This document shows, one piece after another, positions 47,880-58,107 of a DNA stretch of 64,000 nucleotides; within the stretch, counting starts at the first letter, position 1; each line of letters starts with the position of its first letter. The stretch is taken from assembly GCA_051003195.1 (NCBI GenBank), contig JBPCLP010000008.1, forward strand, positions 1 to 64,000, written 5' to 3'. This stretch comes from Candidatus Sumerlaeaceae bacterium (lineage in GTDB: Bacteria > Sumerlaeota > Sumerlaeia > Sumerlaeales > Sumerlaeaceae). Position numbers and translations under genes: made by a program. Under the pieces are notes generated by a model. That model was not told the origin of the DNA. It searched no databases and was given only the letters and a program-made list of their open reading frames with translations.

Positions 47880-49861
47880 ACTTTCGCTGGTACGCGGCCC
47901 GTTTGCGCGCCATGCCGCTGCCTGAGTATTTTTATCGAGCGAAGCAGTCGGCGGCGCTTAAGAAGCGCGCTGCAGTGGCGGGCCGCACGCCAGCTCTAAG
48001 GTTCTTTAGTACGTTGGCGGAGCTGCCCGAAATTACGGAGCCGCGGCAAGTGCGATTTTTCGATGTCGTGCTGTTGTATGACGGAACTGAAGAGATCGAC
48101 TGGCACCGCGATTACAGCACCGGCAAACGCTCACCGCGTCGATTCTATGGACGTATCGATTATCGCGACAGCGCACGTATAGGCGACGCGAAATATATCT
48201 GGGAACTGAATCGCCACCAGTTCATGGTGCCATGGGCGCTTCACTACGCGGCGACCGGAGACGAACAGGATGTTGCCGCCATTGTGCATCTGCTTCTCAA
48301 CTGGATAGCGGCTAATCCGAGGTACGTTGGGATTAACTGGGCGAGTTCGCTGGAACTCGCGTTGCGGCTCCTATCGTGGGGAATCGTATTCGACCTGTGC
48401 CGGCATTCCACTGTGCTTAACAGCATTCGGCCCATGGTGGAACGCTCGGTCACGGAGCAGGCCGGTTACATTCACGATACGCTGTCGCTCTATTCCTCCG
48501 CGAACAATCACCTGGTGGGGGAGCTGGTTGGGTTGGTAGCGGCAGGCGTTTTCTTCCCGAACGCGCCCAGTGTACGGCAGTACGCGGAGTTTGCGCGCGC
48601 AGAGCTCCTCCGGCAGGCGCATCTTCAAAATCACGCAGACGGCGTAAACCGCGAACAGGCAGTTTATTACCACTATTACACGCTGGAATATCTTACTACC
48701 GCCATGGCGCTTTTCGAGCGGGCGGGGTGGAACTTTCCGGATGAGACAGCGGCGCTCGTGCGCAAGATGCTGGAGTTCATAGATGCGGTCGTAGACGATG
48801 AGGGCGTAGCGCCGGAGATTGGTGATCGCGATGATGGCTCAGTAACGGGATTGAATCTCGGGACCAACGTTGGATTGTACGAGTCGCTGCTTTGGACAGG
48901 ATGGCGCTTGTTTGGTGAGCAGTCGTTTGCCGACCACGCAGCAGGCGTCGCACGAGGGCGTGGTGATGAACCATCCGTAGATCCGCGCACGGTGTACTGG
49001 CATGGATTGCCGGAAAATGACTCCATGGAAAGGTGGGCGGAGAGTGAACCTGCGGCCACGGCAACTGCGAGGATTTTTCAACAAGGTGGCTATGCCGTAT
49101 TTGGATTGCCTGCAACAGAATCGGTGGATGCTTTGCGCATTCTTTTTAGAGCGGGTCCTTTTGGCTATCCGAGGATTGCGGCGCACTCGCATTGCGATCA
49201 GCTTTCCCTGTGTGCGAAGCTCGGCGAGATGGAACTGCTGACAGACAGCGGAACGTATTGCTATCATTCGAATGAGCGCTGGCGCCGCTATTTCAAAGGC
49301 ACGACTGCGCACAATACGGTGCGAGTGGATGAAATGGACCAGGCCGAATACGGAGGTCCATTTCTCTGGGTGACGCATGCAGACGCCGAGTTACAGGAGT
49401 TGCAGAAACGTGAGTTTGGTTTTCGAATCGCGGGGGTGCATTCCGGATACCGACGGCTTGCGGAACCTGTCGAGCACAGCCGAACCATCGAAGTTTCGAG
49501 TGGAGAACGGAAGCTGCTTGTTCGTGACACTCTCGGCAGCGGTGAGGCGCACAAATACGAACTGATCTGGAACTTTGGTCCGGGGATCGAACCGGAGTGG
49601 AGCATCGATGAGGAGCAGATGCCAAATACGGAAATCACGTACCGCAGAGCGGAGTGGCTGCTGCGAACCGGCCAAAATATGGTTGCGCGATTTTCGGTTA
49701 ATTCCGAGCATCCGTTCCAGGTGCAGCTTTTTCACGGCGATGAGGTGGAGCCGGCGGGCTGGTATTCGCGTAAGTTTGGCGAACGCGTTCCTATTTACCA
49801 GCTGCGGATTACCGTGACTGCGGGATGGTGGTCGGTGGATAGCGCTTTAACAATTCACTGA
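47876..49861 (+). CDS. Heparinase II/III / alginate lyase family protein
   Basis: Motifs WELNRHQ, ANNH, GDRDDG, HSHCDQL, DSGTYCY and AHNTV; ATGA overlap with nfo. Confidence 0.9.
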   Translation: MNFRWYAARLRAMPLPEYFYRAKQSAALKKRAAVAGRTPALRFFSTLAELPEITEPRQVRFFDVVLLYDGTEEIDWHRDYSTGKRSPRRFYGRIDYRDSARIGDAKYIWELNRHQFMVPWALHYAATGDEQDVAAIVHLLLNWIAANPRYVGINWASSLELALRLLSWGIVFDLCRHSTVLNSIRPMVERSVTEQAGYIHDTLSLYSSANNHLVGELVGLVAAGVFFPNAPSVRQYAEFARAELLRQAHLQNHADGVNREQAVYYHYYTLEYLTTAMALFERAGWNFPDETAALVRKMLEFIDAVVDDEGVAPEIGDRDDGSVTGLNLGTNVGLYESLLWTGWRLFGEQSFADHAAGVARGRGDEPSVDPRTVYWHGLPENDSMERWAESEPAATATARIFQQGGYAVFGLPATESVDALRILFRAGPFGYPRIAAHSHCDQLSLCAKLGEMELLTDSGTYCYHSNERWRRYFKGTTAHNTVRVDEMDQAEYGGPFLWVTHADAELQELQKREFGFRIAGVHSGYRRLAEPVEHSRTIEVSSGERKLLVRDTLGSGEAHKYELIWNFGPGIEPEWSIDEEQMPNTEITYRRAEWLLRTGQNMVARFSVNSEHPFQVQLFHGDEVEPAGWYSRKFGERVPIYQLRITVTAGWWSVDSALTIH

Positions 49862-49922
49862 TAAAGCTGCGATCAAAAGCTATTACCCAGGTCTAAACCA
49901 CGCTGGGCACAGCGCGTCTGGA

Positions 49923-50120
49923 CTACGGTTCATCTTCCTGCACGCGCTGCATGAAATAGTGAGGCGTTCCCTGTTCGTCGGCAACGGTCTCGGCTGGAAA
50001 TTCTCCGCTGATAAAATCTTTGTAGTCGTCCAGCGTGAGGTCTTCCTGTGTGCCGATGAAGTGCGGACACCAGGATTCTGGTGAGTCGAATTCCGTGTCA
50101 CAGAAGGGGCAGGTTACCAT
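49923..50120 (-). CDS. Small acidic protein with CxxC...CxH motif
   Basis: MVTCPFC...WCPH; co-oriented 18 bp downstream of the HEAT-repeat gene. Confidence 0.65.
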   Translation of the reverse strand: MVTCPFCDTEFDSPESWCPHFIGTQEDLTLDDYKDFISGEFPAETVADEQGTPHYFMQRVQEDEP

Positions 50121-50138
50121 AGGCTAAGAATGTTCTGA

Positions 50139-52727
50139 TTAACCTGGCGGTTGCGGTTCGGGCCCACGCTTGCCACCGCGAATCCACTCCTGTCGCACCT
50201 GCATGTAGGCGCGTTTTTTGTCCATCTCGGTGATAACCGCCTCGCCCTTTGCGGCGGCGCCTGCGTGAGGCATGAACTTAGCCGCCGCACCGAGTTTTTC
50301 AGGGTCGACTGTAATGGCCGCCGCCGGCGCGACTCCCTGGCCGGTCTGGTATTCGCCCAGCAACTTGGCAACAATGCTTTTTCCGGCGAGGGTGAGGTCC
50401 GGCTTCGCTGCTAATTTCTCGAGACGCTCCTTCAGCGGGCTGCGCTTGGGACCCAGTTTCGCCAGTACCTCGGCGACCTTCACCTTGATCTGGTTCTCGG
50501 CAGTTTCCAGCGCGTTGACGAGATCACGATGCAGATGATCCAGCGAAGCAGGTGCAATCGCGCCGGCGCCCATATCCTGAAGCGCCGTAAGTGCAGCGCT
50601 GGCGATCATGGGGTCGCTGTCCACCAGGTGGGGCAAAATCACACGAATCGCAGGCGTGATCTTACGCTGCCCAAGTGCATTCATGGCCGTAACTTTTTTC
50701 GCGCGTCGTTTCGCGGCCATCAGATAGCTGGCCTCCAGGTCGGCCATGTACGCGAGATCCTGCTCGGTGACCTGCGCGGGTGCAATTTCCGCAGGGGGGG
50801 CCGCCCCGTTGTCTTCCGCGAAACCAGGCGCCATGGTGGCTTTCCCGGCCTGCTTTGACGCGCGCATGTGCGCACGCATCAGGATTTCGGCGGTTTCGGT
50901 GCCGGCGCTGGGCAGCCGGCCCGTCTGGATCTGTTCGAAGATCTCAGCCATGAGCACGTGCGCTTCATCGTTGTCGATCTTATCAAGTGCGTAGACGAGT
51001 GATGCAATTACGCGGTCTTTGCTGAGTTCCTCGCGTGTATCGGTCGCAGTATCGAGCACGGTTTCTTTGAGGTACTCGCTGCGGCGCGTGTCGTCATGCA
51101 GTGCGGTGTTGAGCAGCAACTGGCGAATGACTGGAAGCTGGGAAGGATCCGGGTTCTTGGAAAAAAGCTCGCCGAGTGCAAGGTAGGCGCCGCTGTAGAT
51201 CTTCGCATGCTGCATGGAGACCTGGTTTATAACAGGCATCACGTGCGGAGCGAGCCGGGCGAGAAGATCGATTAAAGGCTGGCGAAATCCGAGTGGTTGT
51301 GAACGTCCAGCGCGCGCAAGCTCAGGACGGTCGATGCTCCATAGCGCAGTTGTTCCAACGTGCGCGGCCCATGTAAGCAGTGCGGGATCCATACCGTCCT
51401 GTTTGCCTGCAAAAAAATTGAGGACTGCGCGAACCGGGAATTCGAGATCGTCCTTGGGAAGAATCTTAATAACCTGTGCGATCAGTTTTCCGCGTGGCTG
51501 TAGTTCGGTTGTATTTCGTGCGGCGCGGCCAAGTGACGAGATGATTGCGAACGCATCGCGACGGGTTTCGCCTTCGGAAAGTTTACCGCGCAGATCCTGC
51601 GCCAGAGCCTGGATCAGCGCGTTTTGTGCAGCCGGATTTCCGATCGAGCCGAGGGCAAAAATCGCCTCGGTACGTGCATCGGCACGGCGCTCGTGCAATG
51701 CATCGGTAATAAACGGCACCGACTGCGCGTTCGCAAGCAGCCCCAGCGCTCCAACGGCATACCGGCCGATTTTGCGCAGCAGATTATTACGCGCGAACTG
51801 CTGATAGGTACTATACGCTGTGAAGTTGCGGCCCAGTTCACCAAAGACGGAAGAAGCCACCGCGCGCGACGTTCGTCCCAATGTCGCATATAGCCGTTGC
51901 TCCACGCCCGCGAGAGCCCCCGCCGCGGAAACTTCCTTGGGAGAAAACTCGACCATGAGCATGGTCGCTTCATTGTACTTGTCGTGGTTGGGACTAAGCA
52001 GACAGCAGCGGAAAATCGCACGCATCGCCCGGTCGAATCCCTGCAGGTCCTCCGGCGTTGGTTCGTGTAAGGCATTGCGAGCGGGAAGCGTGCGGCTAAG
52101 TTCTACAATGGCATCGGTGATCTGGGTTCGTGCAGAGCCCGTGACCGGCCGCTCCCGACGCGCGGCGGCCGCATTGGCGCGTGCAAATTCTTCCTGGGCA
52201 TCGGTGGCGGATATCGGGTCCAACCCGAATTTATGGGGCGATTTGTTGATGCTTCGAATGAGACTTTGAGCGCGGTCACGCTCATGCACAAGTCCGCCCA
52301 GCGCGTTACCAATCTGCCTTGCGCGCTGGGTGCGATGTTCCGGCTCCTCTACGCTTGTAATTAGGGCAATTGCGTGCGTTTCGGCGGCCGGCATGTCATT
52401 ATTCTTAACGCGGTCCACAAGGTCGTTGATCAGTCGTTCGCCGGAGATCTCCTCCAGACGCTGATTCCATGCGAGTGTTGCGTCGATGTCTGGCTGCACC
52501 AGCCCGAAAACCTGCTGTGTAATGGCTGCAGGCAGCTCGGCGGTGAGGGCGTCGTAGAACTGGTGAATGGGCTCAGCCTGCAGGCTTCTGTACAGTCGAG
52601 CAACCATCTCGGCCAGAACCTGTACATCGGCAGCGTTCGCCTCGGGCAGCATGGCAAAGGCAAGCGCGGCCGCAGGGGTGACCTGTCCTGACTCCAGCGC
52701 GTGCTCAATGGGATCGGTGATACTCAT
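50139..52727 (-). CDS. HEAT-repeat / helical-solenoid protein
   Basis: Repeated helical units such as ARTEAIFALGSIG and VKVAEVLAKLG; 862 aa. Confidence 0.75.
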   Translation of the reverse strand: MSITDPIEHALESGQVTPAAALAFAMLPEANAADVQVLAEMVARLYRSLQAEPIHQFYDALTAELPAAITQQVFGLVQPDIDATLAWNQRLEEISGERLINDLVDRVKNNDMPAAETHAIALITSVEEPEHRTQRARQIGNALGGLVHERDRAQSLIRSINKSPHKFGLDPISATDAQEEFARANAAAARRERPVTGSARTQITDAIVELSRTLPARNALHEPTPEDLQGFDRAMRAIFRCCLLSPNHDKYNEATMLMVEFSPKEVSAAGALAGVEQRLYATLGRTSRAVASSVFGELGRNFTAYSTYQQFARNNLLRKIGRYAVGALGLLANAQSVPFITDALHERRADARTEAIFALGSIGNPAAQNALIQALAQDLRGKLSEGETRRDAFAIISSLGRAARNTTELQPRGKLIAQVIKILPKDDLEFPVRAVLNFFAGKQDGMDPALLTWAAHVGTTALWSIDRPELARAGRSQPLGFRQPLIDLLARLAPHVMPVINQVSMQHAKIYSGAYLALGELFSKNPDPSQLPVIRQLLLNTALHDDTRRSEYLKETVLDTATDTREELSKDRVIASLVYALDKIDNDEAHVLMAEIFEQIQTGRLPSAGTETAEILMRAHMRASKQAGKATMAPGFAEDNGAAPPAEIAPAQVTEQDLAYMADLEASYLMAAKRRAKKVTAMNALGQRKITPAIRVILPHLVDSDPMIASAALTALQDMGAGAIAPASLDHLHRDLVNALETAENQIKVKVAEVLAKLGPKRSPLKERLEKLAAKPDLTLAGKSIVAKLLGEYQTGQGVAPAAAITVDPEKLGAAAKFMPHAGAAAKGEAVITEMDKKRAYMQVRQEWIRGGKRGPEPQPPG

Positions 52728-52970
52728 GCCAGTGGGGACAACAGAGGCCGGGAAACCTGTGGATGCAAACGGGAAATTCAGCCCTTACATAGGTGTGAGA
52801 GCGAGACGCGCGGCAAGTTAATGCGGCCCGCCCGCCCGATAAATGAACTTTGTCGGATTTGAGGTGTCTTAGTGGCAGGATAATTGCATGCTAGGTACAG
52901 GATGCACTTCAAATCCAATCAAAAGCCGACCGTAGCCCTGCGCTAACGAGCCGGTTATAAGGAGTATTTC

Positions 52971-53432
52971 ATGCTTAACAGGCACTTATCGCGTTTCGGA
53001 CTGATCATAGGCTGCGGGCTTTTTGCCGGTTCCGCTGCTGCCCAACCCGTGGCCGGAACCCCCGACCTGCAAACGACCAGCATTACATTCAAGACCAAGT
53101 GCAAGGAAACGACCTGCACGATCAAGAATGTAACAACGCTGATTGAGAACATTGGAACGGGCGACGCTGCAAATACATCGCTCGACTATTATCTCTCCGC
53201 GGATAATATTTTGACGACCGAAACGGACACCTTTGTCCATCGTGTATCGCTCGGCAAGGTGAAGGCTGGAAAGACCAAGAAGCGGACACTGGGTGGTGGG
53301 TTGCTGAAACAGCACAACGTAGTATCTGGCCAGTATCTATTTGTTGTGATCGATGCCGACGGCACCCTGGTTGAACTGGACGACACCAACAATACGTTCA
53401 GCTCGCAGATTATTCTCGCTCCTTCAAATTAG
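52971..53432 (+). CDS. Secreted CARDB / Ig-like domain protein
   Basis: AAGGAG RBS; signal peptide; pattern PDL...NIG.GDA...YYLS.D...GQYL.V.ID....ELDDTNN. Confidence 0.85.
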   Translation: MLNRHLSRFGLIIGCGLFAGSAAAQPVAGTPDLQTTSITFKTKCKETTCTIKNVTTLIENIGTGDAANTSLDYYLSADNILTTETDTFVHRVSLGKVKAGKTKKRTLGGGLLKQHNVVSGQYLFVVIDADGTLVELDDTNNTFSSQIILAPSN

Positions 53433-54294
53433 AGGTGGAGACCGGTTCCAGGTTTTCCAGCTTATAGACGACCAGGTCACCGGATGTAATACGGCTCTGG
53501 GTCAGCAGGTGGGCAACTTCCTGCAACTGGCCCAGGGCCGTTTCTGGTTTAGAGGGGTCAATGCCGTTCCTGGACGTGACGGTCGCAAAGTGCGTGTGGC
53601 TTTGCACTCCCGAGGTTGCTTTATCATCGGGATTGACGTAGAACACCGCCTGAGTCGCAGAGGTCTCGTCTGCCGCCGAGCGTAGAACTAAACCGAAGAA
53701 AAGCGCATCCACGTCGCGCAATACTGCCTTCGGATGAAAGTAATCTGCACGTTTCGGGCCGAGAATCGGTTCGCCATAGGCCGGGGCTTTACGTATGGCC
53801 GAGGTTTCGAGGGCGGTGAAACGGCCTACGCCGGCCACACCCAGTAGTTTGCCGTGACGCGCCGCCAGCTCCGTAAAGACCTGTTCCATGGTTTGGGTGC
53901 TTTCGGTTAACCGGTAGCGGGCGATGGGCAAAGCCTGAGCATCGACGCCCGCCACGAAGGCTCCCCAGCCGCTTGCGCTTTCTACCCCAGTCGCCGTTCG
54001 CGTGCAATATCCGCATGCAGCATCGAGAGACTTGATAAAGAGCCTGCCGTTTACAATGAGACCTTCACCCTGTCGCGCTGCGTCTGGCTGGAGTGCTCCG
54101 CCGCCCAAAGCGTACAGGAAGGCATTTTCGGGGATCTTCTGAAATCGGGGGCCTGTGCACTCCCCATCCAGTACCGTGGTAACCCGGCCCAGTACGCGCC
54201 CGTGCGCGACTCCATTCAGTACCTCGGTTTGCTCAAGCCCGGCAGAAACAGTACCTCCGAGCGTAACCATTGCAACTGCAGCTAATATCTTCAT
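53410..54294 (-). CDS. Secreted hypothetical protein, possibly acetolactate decarboxylase-like fold
   Basis: Signal peptide; motifs GEGLIVNG and SHTHF. Confidence 0.6.
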   Translation of the reverse strand: MKILAAVAMVTLGGTVSAGLEQTEVLNGVAHGRVLGRVTTVLDGECTGPRFQKIPENAFLYALGGGALQPDAARQGEGLIVNGRLFIKSLDAACGYCTRTATGVESASGWGAFVAGVDAQALPIARYRLTESTQTMEQVFTELAARHGKLLGVAGVGRFTALETSAIRKAPAYGEPILGPKRADYFHPKAVLRDVDALFFGLVLRSAADETSATQAVFYVNPDDKATSGVQSHTHFATVTSRNGIDPSKPETALGQLQEVAHLLTQSRITSGDLVVYKLENLEPVSTSNLKERE

Positions 54295-54424
54295 CAATCC
54301 AACTACTCCGTTCGAATTGCGCGGCATTTTAGTGCGCAAGAATTCTTGCGCAGGGGTTCGTTTTGCGTTCAGATTCAGCGTGGCGTGTGGATAACCACTT
54401 TTAGATACGCGGGGCAGTCGCTCA

Positions 54425-56920
54425 TTGATCAGGCTTACAGCTCAATGGAATTCTTTTAAAGTGCGAGTATTCCGGCGCTGCGCAGTTGCAGTTCTGCTGT
54501 TCACGACCAGCTTTACACATGCCGCAGATTCGCAGCAGGCAATCGCCGGCTGGCTTTCGGAAGACGCAAGGCCGAGCGTACCCGAGTGGCTAAAGTGGCT
54601 ACTGGTCGGCGGCGCCATTCTGTTCGTTGTACCGACTTCGCTGAACGTTGTCCTTCGGCGCGAGGTTCGACGCAAAACAGCGGAGCTGTCTGAAAAAAAT
54701 GAGAGACTGGAAAAAGAGGGTGCGGAGCGCTCGCGGGCTGAGCAGTCGATGCGAAACAGTGAGCGCCGGCTGCGCCAACAGAACTCGACGCTGGTTGAAC
54801 TGGCAAGAAATGAGGCAACAAACAGCACCGGTACTGATGCGTTGCCCGGGCTTCAGCGGATGCTGGAAGCAACTGCCGAAACTTTGGGCGTCGCGCGCAC
54901 GAGCTTGTGGCTCTTTAATGAATCGCGCACGCAGATCCGGTGTGTGGACCTCTACGAGCTGAAGCCGGCCCGCCACCTCGCGGCTATGGAACTGGCCGCG
55001 ACCGACTTTCCCCGCTATTTCGAAGCCGTGGAGGAAGACCGTATCATGGCCGCGGATGATGCGATCGCGGACCCCAGAACGTCGGAGTTTGCAGAGTCTT
55101 ATCTCAGGCCTCACGGCATCACATCCATGCTGGATGTCCCCGTGAGAGCCGCAGGTCGTGTGATCGGTGTTTTGTGCAATGAGCATTGCGGGGAGATGCG
55201 GGTCTGGCAACTGGATGAGCAGAACTTCTGCAAAGCAGTGGCTGATCTTGCGGCGCTGGCGCTTGAGTCGGCGGAAAAGCAGCGGGCGCAGCAGGAGCTG
55301 CAGATCAGTGAGCGTTACTATCGGTCGCTTATAGAAAACACCTCGGACATGATCATCATCATCGATGCCGATGGAACGATGCGGTATCTCAGCCCATCCT
55401 ATCACAGGATTCTTGGATACCAGCCGGGTGAGAAAATCGGTACCAGCTGTTTCGAACTGATTCACCCCGACGATGTTGCGACGGTGCAGGATATTTTTGG
55501 CCGGCTGGTTGTGTACCCGGGCTCGGTGGAGCGGGCACGATATCGTTATCGCCACGTCGACGGCAGCTGGTGCCACATGGAAGCCTTCGGCAAGAACCTG
55601 CTCAATGACGATGCTGTTTCGGCAATCGTGGCTAACGTTCGGGATGTGACCGAACAGGTGAAGGCCGAAGAAGACCTTGAGCGGGACCGGCAAAGCCTCG
55701 AGGAAACCGTGAAGACCCGCACGTTCCAGGTTTCAAAAACGGTGCAACGGCTTCAGGATGCGAACTTACGGCTGGAAGCTGCCAATCGACACAAGAGTCG
55801 GTTTCTGTCTTCGATGAGCCATGAGTTGCGCACGCCTTTGAATGCGATTCTTGGTTTTGCAGATCTTTTGCGCGGGCAGTTTTTTGGGCCGCTGAACGAC
55901 AAGCAGCTGGCGTATGTGAACCAGCTTGATGCGAGCGGCAAACACCTGCTGGCATTGATCAACGACCTGCTGGACATGGCGAAGATCGATGCCGGCGCAA
56001 TGGACACGACGATGGAGCGTTTCGCGCCACGGGATTGCATCGACGCAACGCTCAGCATGCTAAGTGCAAACTTCCGCAGGAAACAGATCGAATCCACGAG
56101 CGAAATTGATCCCGCGCTTGAGACGCTCACGGGCGATCTTCGGAAATGCAAACAGATCATGCTTAATCTGCTTTCCAATGCGGTGAAGTACACACCTGAA
56201 GGCGGCAGTGTGGCTGTGCGTGCAGGCTACGATACCGATGGAGCCGTGCGGATCAGCGTAAGCGACACCGGCATCGGGATTGATCCAGAGGAATGCGAAA
56301 AGATTTTCTCCGAGTTTCACCAGGCAGACCGCACGCGTGATGAGCAACTTGGCGGCACTGGAATTGGCCTGGCGCTTACACGAAGACTGGTGGAATTGCA
56401 CGGGGGCCGCATAGGTGTGCAAAGCGAGCCTGGCAAGGGAAGCACGTTCTGGTTCACTTTGCCTCAGCAGACCGATAGTTATTCCTGCGCGCTGAGTTTT
56501 GCGCAGGGTGATGGCGACGTCGCATCGTCAAAATCCGCGCTGGGGGACTACCGCATCCTCGTGGCAGAAGACAATGAAGTAAACCTTTCGATGCTTCTGG
56601 ATATGTTAAGCGCCCGCGGGTACAGCGCGATCGTAGCTCGAAATGGTAAGGAGGCAATCGAGCTGGCACAACAGCACGAACCCCATTTGATCCTGATGGA
56701 TATTCGCATGCCCATAATGGATGGAATTGAGGCAACCATGAGGTTGCGAGCCCTGCCAGCCATGGCCGACACTCCCATTGTGGCACTAACAGCAAGTGCA
56801 GGTGCGGACTCCGAAGAGCGCTGCCTTGCAGCGGGGTGTACGGCGCATTTACCAAAACCCATCCAGACGAAGGAACTATTTGGACTTCTCAGACGCTACC
56901 TACTGGAAGCCCCGCTTTGA
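54425..56920 (+). CDS. Hybrid sensor kinase (TM-GAF-PAS-HisKA-HATPase-REC)
   Basis: Motifs SHELRTPLN, NLLSNAVKY, DTGIG, GTGIGL and LMDIRMP. Confidence 0.93.
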   Translation: MIRLTAQWNSFKVRVFRRCAVAVLLFTTSFTHAADSQQAIAGWLSEDARPSVPEWLKWLLVGGAILFVVPTSLNVVLRREVRRKTAELSEKNERLEKEGAERSRAEQSMRNSERRLRQQNSTLVELARNEATNSTGTDALPGLQRMLEATAETLGVARTSLWLFNESRTQIRCVDLYELKPARHLAAMELAATDFPRYFEAVEEDRIMAADDAIADPRTSEFAESYLRPHGITSMLDVPVRAAGRVIGVLCNEHCGEMRVWQLDEQNFCKAVADLAALALESAEKQRAQQELQISERYYRSLIENTSDMIIIIDADGTMRYLSPSYHRILGYQPGEKIGTSCFELIHPDDVATVQDIFGRLVVYPGSVERARYRYRHVDGSWCHMEAFGKNLLNDDAVSAIVANVRDVTEQVKAEEDLERDRQSLEETVKTRTFQVSKTVQRLQDANLRLEAANRHKSRFLSSMSHELRTPLNAILGFADLLRGQFFGPLNDKQLAYVNQLDASGKHLLALINDLLDMAKIDAGAMDTTMERFAPRDCIDATLSMLSANFRRKQIESTSEIDPALETLTGDLRKCKQIMLNLLSNAVKYTPEGGSVAVRAGYDTDGAVRISVSDTGIGIDPEECEKIFSEFHQADRTRDEQLGGTGIGLALTRRLVELHGGRIGVQSEPGKGSTFWFTLPQQTDSYSCALSFAQGDGDVASSKSALGDYRILVAEDNEVNLSMLLDMLSARGYSAIVARNGKEAIELAQQHEPHLILMDIRMPIMDGIEATMRLRALPAMADTPIVALTASAGADSEERCLAAGCTAHLPKPIQTKELFGLLRRYLLEAPL

Positions 56921-58050
56921 TGCTCCCGCGATTCCGAATTCTTATTGTAGATGATGTGGAAGCAAACCGGATGCTGCTTGCCGACAGTATGTTTGCATTG
57001 GGGCACGATCCACAGACTGCGGAGAATGGCCGTGTGGCACTGGAGCAGATGCGTTCCAACCCGCCGGATCTTGTATTGCTGGATATTCTGATGCCGGTGA
57101 TGGACGGCTACACGACGCTCCAGCATATCCGGGCTGACGAAAAGCTGCGGCATTTGCCGGTGGTTGTGATCTCCGCGGTGGACGAACTGGAGACGGTGGT
57201 GAGGTGCATCGCGGCAGGCGCAGACGATTACCTCGTGAAACCGTTCAATGCTACGCTGCTGAAAGCACGGATCAGCGCCAGCCTGGACCGCAAGCGCCTG
57301 CACGATGAAGAAGCCGCCGCGCGGCGCGAACTCGAAGAGGCAAACGCGCTGAAGGACAAGTTTCTGCAGATCGCAAACCATGATATCCGAAATCCATTAA
57401 CCGTGCTCAACGCGTGCCTGTACTCTCTACGCAAGGAATCGGCCGGTGATGGCGATGCGCGACTCATGGAAATGATTGCGACGATGGAACGCGCCGCAAG
57501 CCGCATTGGCAACATCGTAAATGACTTCCTCGACTTTCGCGAAATAAGCGAGGGCCGCTGCAAACTGGAGCTGGGCTCAGTTGATCTGAATGAGCTGGTG
57601 GGTGCCATCGTGGAAGAAAGCCAGCAGTACGCCGCACGCAAAAACATCGGGCTGCAGTTTGACCCGATGGCAGAACTGCCCGAGTGTCACGCCGACTATA
57701 ATCGCACGGTGCAAATCACGGCAAATTACGTCAGCAACGCCATTAAATTTACGCCGCATGGAGAAAGCGTGGCCGTGCGGACGCTGCAAAAGGACGGTAA
57801 AGTACGAACCGAGGTGCAGGACTCAGGGCCGGGTGTTTCAGTCGAAGAGCGTTCGAGGCTGTTCCAGGAATTTGCGCGTTTATCGAATCGCCCAACGGGA
57901 GATGAGAAGAGTACCGGCCTTGGACTTTCCATCGTAAAGCAACTCGCCGAAATGCAGGGTGGAAGCGTCGGTGCAGAGTTCCCGCCCCACGGTGGGTCGA
58001 TATTCTGGTTTGAATTGCCGACGGCTGGGCCTGCGACGCCCCGCCTGTGA
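56920..58050 (+). CDS. Response regulator receiver-histidine kinase fusion
   Basis: Motifs IVDD, LLDILMP, NHDIRNP, SNAIKF, DSGPG and TGLGL; TGATG overlap with the upstream gene. Confidence 0.93.
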   Translation: MLPRFRILIVDDVEANRMLLADSMFALGHDPQTAENGRVALEQMRSNPPDLVLLDILMPVMDGYTTLQHIRADEKLRHLPVVVISAVDELETVVRCIAAGADDYLVKPFNATLLKARISASLDRKRLHDEEAAARRELEEANALKDKFLQIANHDIRNPLTVLNACLYSLRKESAGDGDARLMEMIATMERAASRIGNIVNDFLDFREISEGRCKLELGSVDLNELVGAIVEESQQYAARKNIGLQFDPMAELPECHADYNRTVQITANYVSNAIKFTPHGESVAVRTLQKDGKVRTEVQDSGPGVSVEERSRLFQEFARLSNRPTGDEKSTGLGLSIVKQLAEMQGGSVGAEFPPHGGSIFWFELPTAGPATPRL

Positions 58051-58107
58051 GTAGCAATCGGCTTCAGCCTCGCCGATCTTCATAGTAATCTGGTTCTCAG
58101 TAAAACG

